NCBI GenBank assembly: GCA_918797485.1
Contig: CAKKNE010000004.1
Location: 3,906,001 to 3,970,000, forward strand
Source of the DNA: Pelagomonas calceolata
Lineage: Eukaryota
Direction of reading: 5' to 3'
Length of the DNA stretch: 64,000 nucleotides
Of this stretch, positions 19,354-28,263 are shown piece after piece (position 1 is the first letter of the stretch; each line of letters starts with the position of its first letter). The notes under the pieces are model-generated. The model did not search any database and was not told the DNA's origin. It saw nothing but the letters and a program-made list of their open reading frames with translations. Position numbers and translations under genes: made by a program.

Positions 19354-20325
19354 ATGCGCATGCTAATAGTGACATGCCTCCTCGCGGTGCGTACCGCCGG
19401 CATCGCAATGCCCGCGCCGCGTCCGGTCGCAGCGAGACCGACCGCGGACGCGGCTCTCCAAGCGCTCGAGTGGCGGCTGCTGAAGCGCGTGCGGGAGTGC
19501 GTGCGCGACTACGAGATGATTGGTGCCGGCGAGACCGTCGCCGTCGCCGCGTCGGGCGGCAAAGATAGCAACGCATTAATATACTTGCTGCGCGAGATGA
19601 GCGCGCGCCGGCTGCTCGGCAAGGACAACTTTGATCTTAGAGCAGTGCACCTGGACCAGAAGCAGCCCGGGCACGACCCGACGCCCCTCGCGGGCTGGGT
19701 GCGTGGCCTGGGCATCCCCTTCGATTTGGTCGAGGAGGACACGTATAGTATTGTGGTGGAGAAGACGGCGCCGACGAAGTCGTACTGCGGCCTCTGCTCA
19801 CGCCTCCGGCGCGGCATCCTGTACACGCACACGCAGCAGATCGGCGCGCAACGATTGGCCCTGGGCCACCACCGCGACGACGCGCTTGAGACGCTCCTAC
19901 TGAACATGGTCCATCAGGGAACGATGAAGGCGATGCCCGCGCGCTACGTCGCGAGCCGCGGCGTCGACGTGATCCGTCCGTTGATGTACTGCGCGGAAGA
20001 CGATCTCCGGGAGTACGCGGCGCGGCTCGAGTTCCCCATCCTTCCCTGCAACCTCTGCGGCTCGCAGCCGGCGGGCAAGCCCTCGCAACGCCAAGGCGCC
20101 AAGCAACTTCTTCACTTCCTTGACGCGTTCGGCGGCGACGGCGAAGATGTCAGGGAGAACATGCTCCGCGCCTTGTCGGACGTGCGGCCCTCGCATTTAT
20201 TGGACCGCGACCTGCGCGGCGCCTGCGGGCTAGACCCGTGTACGGGTGAGCCCGTCGACGACCGGGCGGCGCGGATCTTTCGGGCGCCGGGGGGTGACGA
20301 CGACGAGCTGGGGATACGGCGCTAA
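19354..20325 (+). CDS. ttcA: tRNA C32 2-sulfurtransferase (TtcA family) with N-terminal targeting peptide
   Basis: SGGKDS PP-loop, VHLDQKQPG, EEDTYSIV, CGLCSRLRRGILY, GHHRDD, VIRPL, PCNLCGSQ, VRPSHLLD. Confidence 0.92.
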   Translation: MRMLIVTCLLAVRTAGIAMPAPRPVAARPTADAALQALEWRLLKRVRECVRDYEMIGAGETVAVAASGGKDSNALIYLLREMSARRLLGKDNFDLRAVHLDQKQPGHDPTPLAGWVRGLGIPFDLVEEDTYSIVVEKTAPTKSYCGLCSRLRRGILYTHTQQIGAQRLALGHHRDDALETLLLNMVHQGTMKAMPARYVASRGVDVIRPLMYCAEDDLREYAARLEFPILPCNLCGSQPAGKPSQRQGAKQLLHFLDAFGGDGEDVRENMLRALSDVRPSHLLDRDLRGACGLDPCTGEPVDDRAARIFRAPGGDDDELGIRR

Positions 20326-20346
20326 CTCATAGAGTACATAAAAACA

Positions 20347-21480
20347 CTAACTTGAACTGATCGCCGCCGTGGCGAGCGCCAGTCGCTCCCCGCGCGTGAG
20401 CTCGACGCCGCGGCTGCCCAGCTCGAGCGTCTGTAGGAGCGCCGCGTAGCCGCCCGACTGCTTCGCCGCGGCGACGATGCGCGGCACCGTGAGGCCCTCG
20501 ACGGCCATTGCGCGCACGACCGTTCCGCGCCGCGGGTCGACGAGGTCCGGGAGGGCGGCGGCCACGAACGTCGCGAGCTCCTGCTCCGCCGGCGAGACCT
20601 CTCGCGGACCCCTGTCTACGGTGCCATCGTGGTCCTCGTCCTTGCCGGCCAGGACGCCCTGCTCGGCAGCTGCGAAATATGAAGACGAGTTGGCTACCAC
20701 GTCTCGACGGAAGCGATCATTGAAGAAAAGGTAAGGCAACGTAAGGCCGGCCCACCCCCAGTAGCCGCGCGGCCATGCCCTCGAGCTGCTCAGCCCGAAC
20801 GTGACATGGAAAAAGAGGTAGATCGCGATGACCGTGCCGGTACAGGCCCATTTGGCCCAGGCCGTGGCCATATGTATATGGGCACCGAGAACCTGTGTGG
20901 AATCGAATTCCAGGCGCCCCACGCAGTCGACGCGACGTTCAACACAGCCAAGAACCATCTTCGTCAGCCAGAGGAGTAAAGGTTGGTAGTTGCCCACCTG
21001 AAAGGCGCCGAAGAGGAATCCCGAGTGCGGCAGCGCCCGATAGAGCATGGCAGGCGTGTGCGCGTGCGCGGCGACCATCAGTAGGCAATATGTCGAGAAC
21101 ATGACCACACATATCTGGGTCGTGACCGCGGCGTACGCCATCACGTTGAACACGTCGCCCATCTGCCGCTTCGGCCCCGCCGGCAGCGTCTTCGTGTCCA
21201 GTGGATAAAGCGCCAGAGGTGCGATGGCGGCCAGCACGAGCCCGGACATCACGTTCAGCGTCGACAGGAACGACATCGTCCGGTCGTAGACCATGTCGCG
21301 CGACGCGCACGCGAGACCTCGCGCCTCCGAGCCAAAGCAGCCGAGCGGATCGATGTCGGGCGGGTCATGCCGCAGCGGCTGCAGCAGCTTTTGCAGGGCT
21401 GCATTGTCCGCCTCGCTCCAGCCGTCATTGTAGGTGCCGCTTGGTGCCACCTTTTTGCTTCGGTGCGGCTGCCTGAGCAT
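20347..21480 (-). CDS. Hypothetical multi-pass membrane protein
   Basis: Several hydrophobic helices; exons 21480-20956 and 20892-20347 around an in-frame 63-nt GT-AG intron. Confidence 0.65.
   Translation of the reverse strand: MLRQPHRSKKVAPSGTYNDGWSEADNAALQKLLQPLRHDPPDIDPLGCFGSEARGLACASRDMVYDRTMSFLSTLNVMSGLVLAAIAPLALYPLDTKTLPAGPKRQMGDVFNVMAYAAVTTQICVVMFSTYCLLMVAAHAHTPAMLYRALPHSGFLFGAFQVGNYQPLLLWLTKMVLGCVERRVDCVGRLEFDSTQVLGAHIHMATAWAKWACTGTVIAIYLFFHVTFGLSSSRAWPRGYWGWAGLTLPYLFFNDRFRRDVVANSSSYFAAAEQGVLAGKDEDHDGTVDRGPREVSPAEQELATFVAAALPDLVDPRRGTVVRAMAVEGLTVPRIVAAAKQSGGYAALLQTLELGSRGVELTRGERLALATAAISSS
20893..20947 (-). mobile_element. Shrunken introner-type MITE (intron 20893-20955)
   Basis: Minus strand GTTCTTGG|CTGTGTTGAA...TTCCACACAG|GTTCTCGG: 9/10 TIR and 7/8 flanking direct repeat. 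Confidence 0.85.
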
Positions 21481-21701
21481 TGTGCTTGCAAAAAAGGCTG
21501 CCTTATCGCCGCAGAGCGAGAGAGAGTATCAAGGCGGGCACGCACGCGAGGTTGCAGTGTGAAAGGCTGCCTTTTTTGCTGATGCAGCGCCCTGCAACGC
21601 CTGCGCTGGATGCTGCGCTAGTATGTTGCTACACTAGCTCGGGCTTGCTTAAAATTTTTTTTGGTTGGCCGCGCTCTCTAAGCCATTGAGCTGCAGCATC
21701 G

Positions 21702-23027
21702 ATGGCCCAAAGATGTATTCTCCTCCTCTTGGCCGCCTGGCAAGCCGCAGCCTACATCCCCTCGCCGCAGAGGCTGAGACCAGCACTCCAGCTCTCTCAG
21801 CAGCAGGAGGCACGCGCGCAACGCGTCGCACAGATGGCGCCACCGCGCCATCTATGCCGGCTACGCGCAGCCGATGACGACGCCGACGAGGACCCGGAAC
21901 TCTTGCTAGCAAAGGCCGAATTCCTCCGCCAGCAAGCAGCGTACCTCGAAGAATCGATGCCCAAGCGGGAGCCGATCGGCCTCCAGCCGCAGGAGAGCAA
22001 GGAGCCGTCGTTGGATGGGATGACGGTCGTCGTCACGGGCGCTAATGGTGAGGTCGGCTCCATCATAACAGAAGAGTTGCTCAGCCGCGGCTGCCGGGTG
22101 CGCGCGATCGTGCGCAGCGCGGAGGACCAGGGCTCGTACGAGCGCCTGTCGTACGCCGTCGGCGCGGAGTCGCTCCAGGGCGAGATCGAGGCGCCCTGGA
22201 TCTTGCGGGACACGTCCGAGGGCGGTCCGTTATTTAACTCGCCGGCGACGTACACGGCGCCGGAGGACGATTCGCTCGCGGACACGTCCGACGAAGAATA
22301 TGCGAAGCTGACGCCGTACGGGCAGAATCAAGTAGTCGCGGCCCGAGCCGCGCGGAAGCTGCGGAAGCTCGAGGTCCGGTCCGCGGATTTGAGGAACGAA
22401 AAGGACTGCACCGGCGTCGTGTTTGGGGCGGACGCCGTGATTCACTGTGCCGCGTCCCTGAAACCAAATGGGGATAAGAGCCGCGGCGACGACGCCGGCG
22501 GGCGGCTCCTGGAGGAGGCCGGGCGGCTCTTCGAGTTCCGGCTGCCGCGCGTCGACCGCGTCAAGGCCGCGTCCTCGGGCGAGGGCTCGGCGGACGTGGA
22601 AGGCGTGGAGTTCCTGGCGCGGGCCCTGGCGAAGAGCCTCGCGCGCGAGCGGCCGAAGCCCGACCGGCCGCTGGCCTTTATCCTGCTGTCGGGGCGGTCG
22701 ACCGCGGGCGACGGCGCATTTGTCGAGCGCAAGCGCGAGTCCGAGGCGGCCTTCACGCGCGTCGCGTCGACGGCGGACTGGAGCGGGTCGCTCATCGCGC
22801 GCCTGCCGCCGATAGACGCGTTCGGCTACGACGCCGGCGCGCGGCTGGAGCGCGCAAAGGCGGACGCCGTCGCGCCGGCCGGCGCCCTGTTCCCGCCGGC
22901 GCTCGCCGGCACCATCTCCAAGGTGGACGCGACGCCGCGCGACGTGGCGCGGGTCGTCGCGGACGCGCTCGTCGACGCGGAACTGCGCGGGGGGCTTGGC
23001 GTGGCGGACCTCGTTATTGATGGGTAA
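21702..23027 (+). CDS. NAD(P)-binding Rossmann-fold (atypical SDR) protein, probably plastid-targeted
   Basis: VVVTGANGEVG, VRAIVR, GADAVIHCA; signal peptide ending AAAY. Confidence 0.8.
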   Translation: MAQRCILLLLAAWQAAAYIPSPQRLRPALQLSQQQEARAQRVAQMAPPRHLCRLRAADDDADEDPELLLAKAEFLRQQAAYLEESMPKREPIGLQPQESKEPSLDGMTVVVTGANGEVGSIITEELLSRGCRVRAIVRSAEDQGSYERLSYAVGAESLQGEIEAPWILRDTSEGGPLFNSPATYTAPEDDSLADTSDEEYAKLTPYGQNQVVAARAARKLRKLEVRSADLRNEKDCTGVVFGADAVIHCAASLKPNGDKSRGDDAGGRLLEEAGRLFEFRLPRVDRVKAASSGEGSADVEGVEFLARALAKSLARERPKPDRPLAFILLSGRSTAGDGAFVERKRESEAAFTRVASTADWSGSLIARLPPIDAFGYDAGARLERAKADAVAPAGALFPPALAGTISKVDATPRDVARVVADALVDAELRGGLGVADLVIDG

Positions 23028-23059
23028 AACTTATAAAATAAATGACACTTACAGAAAAA

Positions 23060-23905
23060 TTAAGCCGACGACGGAACCCCTAGCTCGGCCCAGGGGTCCG
23101 CGAGCAGCGCCGCCGCGCGTTCGGGCGTCGCGTAGTCGATGCCCGCCAGTTGCACCCGGAAAAAGACGAGGTCCCGCGACGATTCACTATCATTGCGGCC
23201 GCCGCGGTGCGGTAAGAGAGGATGGCACAGAACCGCGTCGCCAACGCCGAGCGGGACCTCGTACGGCCGGCCGATGTCCGGGAGCGCCTTGTCTAGCTTC
23301 CAGTCCGGGTACTGGTGCCAGTCGCGCAGATGGCCTTGCGGGAAAACGGTGAGGTTGCCCATGCCCGGACGCTCGTGCGGCGTCAGCGCCACCGCGACGA
23401 GTAAAGAGAAGACGTCGGGAAAGCGCGCGCCGCTCGCGTTGGCCTCGCCATCGATGTGATAGCTCGTGTCCGGCAGGTTACGTCGGCGCGCTTTGCGCGG
23501 GGCCGGGGTCCGCCGAGCGACTTGCGTGTACGACACCGCATGCGCCTCGGCACCCGCCAGGCAGCGTATCGCCGCCGCGAGCCGCGGTTCCCGCAGCAAG
23601 TCTAAGATAGGTAGGTGGCCGTCGGCGACGGGCGCATCCAGGCGCTGGTCGCGATGCATGCGCCAGTCGTCGGGCCGTGTGCCGCTCGGCGCGCTCCAGC
23701 AGGCCTCGTGCGTCGCGACGTACGCTGCCGCACGTGCGATGGCATCGCTAGCTGCAGCATCTTTTAGTATGAGGAAGCCGTCGTCTCGGAATTTCGCAAC
23801 GTCGAGTGGTGGACATGCAGTGGCCGCGCGCAGCTCGAGCGATGCGCCCGCGTCTGCACCGCGGGGCACCGTCAAAGCATCATGAGTATAGAGGTACTCA
23901 CTCAT
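23060..23905 (-). CDS. Phytanoyl-CoA dioxygenase (PhyH)-like 2OG-Fe(II) oxygenase
   Basis: FRDDGFLIL, HID, GNLTVFPQGH, GDAVLCHPLLPHRGG..N..R; true 5' end uncertain. Confidence 0.8.
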   Translation of the reverse strand: MSEYLYTHDALTVPRGADAGASLELRAATACPPLDVAKFRDDGFLILKDAAASDAIARAAAYVATHEACWSAPSGTRPDDWRMHRDQRLDAPVADGHLPILDLLREPRLAAAIRCLAGAEAHAVSYTQVARRTPAPRKARRRNLPDTSYHIDGEANASGARFPDVFSLLVAVALTPHERPGMGNLTVFPQGHLRDWHQYPDWKLDKALPDIGRPYEVPLGVGDAVLCHPLLPHRGGRNDSESSRDLVFFRVQLAGIDYATPERAAALLADPWAELGVPSSA

Positions 23906-24119
23906 CGTCGAACGGCTGGTCGGTCAACTTTTCGTACTCCTGCAGCAGCTCCTTTTCGCGCTCGACCGCCTCGCGGAACGCCTTGCCGGCGTCGTCGCGC
24001 AGCTTCTTGATCTCTTTCGCTATCTCTTCGGCTCTTGCCTCCTCCATCTTGCCCTCGTGCCACACGTATCGCCGCGCCGGCCGCCGCAGCGCTACACGTA
24101 GTGCTGCACGACGCAGCAT
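23898..24119 (-). CDS. Small coiled-coil protein with mitochondrial-type presequence
   Basis: MLRRAALRVALRRPARRY presequence followed by an E/K-rich helix. Confidence 0.6.
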   Translation of the reverse strand: MLRRAALRVALRRPARRYVWHEGKMEEARAEEIAKEIKKLRDDAGKAFREAVEREKELLQEYEKLTDQPFDDE

Positions 24120-24310
24120 TAATTATTGCTGTGATAGCTTGGCAATGTTGCCGAAGTGGTGCTCGCGCGCGGCGCACAACTTGTTGCTGCACAGGTCTAC
24201 TTCTGGTAACGCCAGACTGCCTCTGACAGCGCCACACTGGACTAGGAATCGCAGGAGCCGTACAAAGTGCTCATTGTGTACTAGCGTCCAGTAAGACACT
24301 AGGAATCGCA

Positions 24311-25272
24311 ACTTGGCCTCCGCTGTGCGCGCGCGCCCCCCTAGCCACCCCGCGCACCCCGGGCTGCCCGCGACGTGCAGCGCCGCCCCTGTTAGCCCGG
24401 AAATGAGAGTTGCCCGCGTGAAAAATGGCCCAGAACCCGCTGAGCACGGCCTTCAGCTTGGGGGCTGCCTTAGCTGCCGCGTCGCGCCGCCGCCTGGCCT
24501 TCGCCCGACTTTTACCTTTCGCCCCTCTACCCCGTGGTGACGGCGCGGCGTTTCGGCGGGGGCTCCATCGTGAACGCGCACAGCCGGGGGGCTCCATCGT
24601 GAACGCGCACGGCCGGGTCAGCCGATCTTTCTTTCCGGGCGTCGCCGGCATGGCGCGTCAACTTTCTTTCTGGGCGTCGCCGGCATGGCGCGCCTACTTT
24701 CTTTATCATTGGCGGGTCGAGCCCGGAACACGGACGGCACCCATCCTCGGGCATCGAGTGGTGCGCGTTCGGAGGTATCCGGCCCGTTTCCTGAAGTTCT
24801 GCCGCCGGCATGGCGGCGAGCCTCATCTGCCTGCGACCGGACCGACCCTACGGAGCGGAGCCGGTCTCGACCTGGGAGGCGTTGGGGGCGGCGGCATGCC
24901 GCCCCCCGTAACCTTGGCCGCGCCAGCCGAGCTTTCGTAGGCCCTCCGAATCGCCGTGGCATCCATTGAACCCATTAGTTCCGTTCCGACGAGTTATTGT
25001 CAAGGGCCGTCTGGGCGGGTCGGAGCTCTCGCTCCCCGCTTCAGGATTGCTCGGCCTGGTGTGCGAGGGCATCTCTCTCACCACTTGATTTCCGGCTCGT
25101 CGTAAAAGAGGAGCCAGCGGCCAGTTCCACATCCTGACGGGGGTCGTCCCAAAAGAAGGGGGGGCGTGCGAGTCCCTGTGACTCAGCCCTTGCGTCCTAG
25201 TCCAGCCGGACGGGTGGGCCCAGGGGGAGCGGGAGGGGTACGGGGAACCCTGCGACGTAACTAGCCTCAGCC
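24311..25272. mobile_element. Unclassified 962-bp non-coding insertion
   Basis: Flanked by TCGCA on both sides; interrupts the second copy of a duplicated 43-44-nt segment whose first copy (24241-24283) is intact; no credible ORF. Confidence 0.6.
24557..24704. repeat. Two sets of short tandem repeats inside the insertion
   Basis: CGGGGG(G)CTCCATCGTGAACGCGCAC x2 (24557-24610); CTTTCTTTCYGGGCGTCGCCGGCATGGCGCG x2 plus a partial third, period 35 (24627-24704). Confidence 0.9.
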
Positions 25273-25325
25273 TCGCAGGAGCCGTACATAAGTGCTCATT
25301 GTGTACTATACGCATCGGGCCCGAC

Positions 25326-27722
25326 CTAGCCCACGCACCCCGCGTAGCACCCCTCGCGCATGCCCAGCGCGCCGCACGTGTAGTCCAACCCAAAAAAGTC
25401 GTCGTCGCCCGTCTGCGGCCGCGGCCCGGGCCCGTCGAGGCGGTAGGCCGAGCCCGTCTCGGCGTTCGCGTGGCCCGCGCCGACGCCGTTCTTCTCGGAC
25501 CACTTGTGCTTCAGCGTGAAGACGCGGCAGACGACGGCGTCGGTCAGTTCCGGGTATGAGGTTGTCACTAAGAGATCGGAGTCCGTCGGCGACAGGCGCT
25601 TGATGGAGACGACCTGCGCGCCCGGCGTGCCCACGGCCATCGTCTTACCTGATGCTGATACGTCGCAGCGCTTGTCGAACGTCACGCCGCCCGCCGCGTT
25701 GATTACGGTCGGTTTGCCGAACTCGCCCCGCTCGATGAAATACTCGCCGCCCGACCGCACGTGCAATTCATAAAACCGGTCGCCGGACACGGCGATGCCG
25801 AGCGCCATCGGCGTCGCCTCGTCGGGCAGCTTCAGACCCAGCGCTCTGTTGTACTCGGCCAAGCCCTCCGTCGCGACGCAGGCCCACTGGCCGCACAACC
25901 ACTCGAACTTCGCGTCGCAGTGCTCCGTCATAATATATATATTCCACGCGTCCTCCTCGTCTCGCGGGATGTTCGCGCGCTGGTTCCTGTACTTGAGGCC
26001 CGCCGTCGCGACGACGGAGTTCAGTTGCCGCAGGAACGCATGAGCGTCGACTTTCGCCGGTAGGTACTTGGCGAACGGGTCCTCGTCGTCCTCCTCAATA
26101 GGCTTACTCCTTCTCTCAAAAATCAGCTCCACAGATAAAGGGGTTAAACGGGGAAAGGTCGACGTTACCACTAAAGTGTCGTTGGGCCCGGGCACCCAGC
26201 GCGTCTGCTGGCCGTTCGTCGCGCTGATGTCCGCGCGGTCCTTTGAGAGAGTAAAGGTCTTCGTCATCTGTTGGGCGCCCCGCTGGATGGCAAGCGGTTT
26301 GTTGAGCGTGCCGCGCTCCCTCCTGCTACGCCCTTGCTCCGTCGCTCTCACTTCGTAGGCGGAACTGCGCGAGATGGCCACGTCGAGCGTCAAGTCCCGA
26401 GCATACGAGATGGGCGCGTCGAGCTGCTGGCCGGGCCGCGCGCCCCTTGGTAGAATCACGTTCACGGGCGTCCCGTCGGGCAGGTGGGCCTCTATAACTG
26501 TTCCTGCGGAAGCGCCGTCCGGCACGCGCACCGACGCCGTCGTTCTTTTGGAAAGCGCGCCTCTATACTGATCCAGGCCCTCCGCCTTCACGAGGACCCA
26601 GCTCCCGCAGCACCAGGCCGCGTCGGGCTTGTACCCCGCGAGCGGCGCGCGCAGGTCGCCCAGGATCGAATCTCCCTCAACGTCATCGCGGAAGCACACT
26701 CCGGCAATCGCACCGGGACTGCTCAGCTGGTCCACCGCGAACGTCTCGCCGTCCTCCGCATTTCTTCGCAACTCGTAGGCTCGTAGGAGTCGGGCGGCCT
26801 CGTCCGCGTCGGTGCGGGCGTCCTGCGCGGCTTGGGCCGTTTTCAGCTGCGCGGTCCCGATCAACCGCTCGGCCTTCGCGGATCTCGCGTCGATGGGGAG
26901 CTTGGCGCAGGCCTGGGCCGGCGGCGCGGCCTTCAGCGCGCCCTGCTCGGCGGCGTTGACGTAGGTCCGGCACTCGTTGATCGGCCTTCTCGCCTCGACT
27001 GCCTTCCTCGTCTGCCGCAGGCCGTCCGCGGCGATGGCTCGATGAGACTGGGCCTCCTTCACATAACCAGACACGTCGGGCAGTCGTAAATCCTCGCGCA
27101 GCATGGCCCGCCCCTCCTCCTGCTCGGAGTGCGCCTCCTCGCGCCTCTCGCCCAGCACGAACGTCGCCGTCAGCGGCCGGCCCGCCTTCTGGATCTTCTT
27201 GAGAATTTGCGGAAAGGTCTTGGCCGACACGTCGGGGATGTACTCGCCGTTGATGGCTATCAACTCGTCCGTCGGCATGATTTTATCTCTCATGTTCTCG
27301 AGTTCCTTCAAGGGCCGCTGCGGCCTGTACAGGTCGCAGTGCGGCTGCGTGGCCTCGATCTGGACGTGTTCCCGCCCTTCTTCGCCGTATCGCGCCACGA
27401 CGATCGAAAACCCGAGCTTCGCGCCGCGAAACGTGTAGCGGAACGCGAGGTCCAAACCCTTCATCGTCTCGACGTGCTCCTTGAGTAGATCTGTCGCTCT
27501 TTTCGCGTGCTCCTTCGCGGAAGGAGACCTAGGTGAGCTGAAGAAGGTGCTCCGCTGTTTTTTCTCCTCGCGAATTTGCTGGAACGCTCTATCCAAAGGA
27601 TCGTAGCCGTGCAGGCCGTGACGCTGCTTGACGTCCCTGTGCTTCCAGTTCCTCTTCTTGAAGTACTCGCCCTCGCTCTCGGGCGACGACGCGGCGCGCG
27701 GCGTGCTCGTGGTTGACAACAT
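25326..27722 (-). CDS. Multidomain protein: PDZ-like domain plus two FABP/lipocalin-like repeats
   Basis: F.GAKLGFSI...DELIAING...RPLTATF; WCCGSWVLVKAEGLDQYRGAL and WLCGQWACVATEGLAEYNRALG. Confidence 0.65.
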   Translation of the reverse strand: MLSTTSTPRAASSPESEGEYFKKRNWKHRDVKQRHGLHGYDPLDRAFQQIREEKKQRSTFFSSPRSPSAKEHAKRATDLLKEHVETMKGLDLAFRYTFRGAKLGFSIVVARYGEEGREHVQIEATQPHCDLYRPQRPLKELENMRDKIMPTDELIAINGEYIPDVSAKTFPQILKKIQKAGRPLTATFVLGERREEAHSEQEEGRAMLREDLRLPDVSGYVKEAQSHRAIAADGLRQTRKAVEARRPINECRTYVNAAEQGALKAAPPAQACAKLPIDARSAKAERLIGTAQLKTAQAAQDARTDADEAARLLRAYELRRNAEDGETFAVDQLSSPGAIAGVCFRDDVEGDSILGDLRAPLAGYKPDAAWCCGSWVLVKAEGLDQYRGALSKRTTASVRVPDGASAGTVIEAHLPDGTPVNVILPRGARPGQQLDAPISYARDLTLDVAISRSSAYEVRATEQGRSRRERGTLNKPLAIQRGAQQMTKTFTLSKDRADISATNGQQTRWVPGPNDTLVVTSTFPRLTPLSVELIFERRSKPIEEDDEDPFAKYLPAKVDAHAFLRQLNSVVATAGLKYRNQRANIPRDEEDAWNIYIMTEHCDAKFEWLCGQWACVATEGLAEYNRALGLKLPDEATPMALGIAVSGDRFYELHVRSGGEYFIERGEFGKPTVINAAGGVTFDKRCDVSASGKTMAVGTPGAQVVSIKRLSPTDSDLLVTTSYPELTDAVVCRVFTLKHKWSEKNGVGAGHANAETGSAYRLDGPGPRPQTGDDDFFGLDYTCGALGMREGCYAGCVG

Positions 27723-28263
27723 GGTGGGGCTGCCCTTCAGTGCTGATTGTTCGGTGCCGGCGGCCGGGGCACTTTTGAAAATTGAGGACCGAGGAGGTTT
27801 GTTGGCAGCCGGGAAGCCCCACGCGTGCGGCTGCGGGCGGGCGCAGGCGGTGGGCACAAGTCCAGGAAGCTTTGCTTTCCAAGCTCTCCCATCCGCCGCC
27901 GCCGCTCAAGTCGCATTGGCCCACGCGACCACTCGAGAGGGGGCTTTGAGGACTCTAGGACGCGATCGACCGCAAAAACCCGTTTTCCAGCGCAAAAAAA
28001 TCACTGGGCGCCAATTTTGCGCAGCCGCAGCGTGCATTAGCCACCGTGTTGCCGTTTTACGGCTCGAGTAGCTCTTCCAGCCTTTCTGGAAGATCTGCCA
28101 ACGACCGCGCACACGGCAAACACGTGTGGCTCGACAGCAGCCAGGACCCACAGGAGACCCAAACACGGCGCGGCGCACGAGCTCCAGCGACCAAGCCCTG
28201 CCCTGGTTGCTGAAAGCAGGAGGAAGCATCGCAACGAACGCGCGGCGCGAGCACCAAGGACCC

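Noticed and set aside
24241..24704. Short direct repeats as a CRISPR array
   Set aside because: Only two copies of each unit, no unique spacers of constant length, no cas genes, eukaryotic context
24780..24835. Hammerhead ribozyme (minus strand CAGATGAG...GAAAC)
   Set aside because: Core reads CAGAUGA rather than CUGANGA and no consistent three-stem arrangement was found
24271..25393. ORFs overlapping the 962-bp insertion
   Set aside because: Low-complexity Arg/Pro/Gly translations, mostly non-ATG starts, no recognisable motifs
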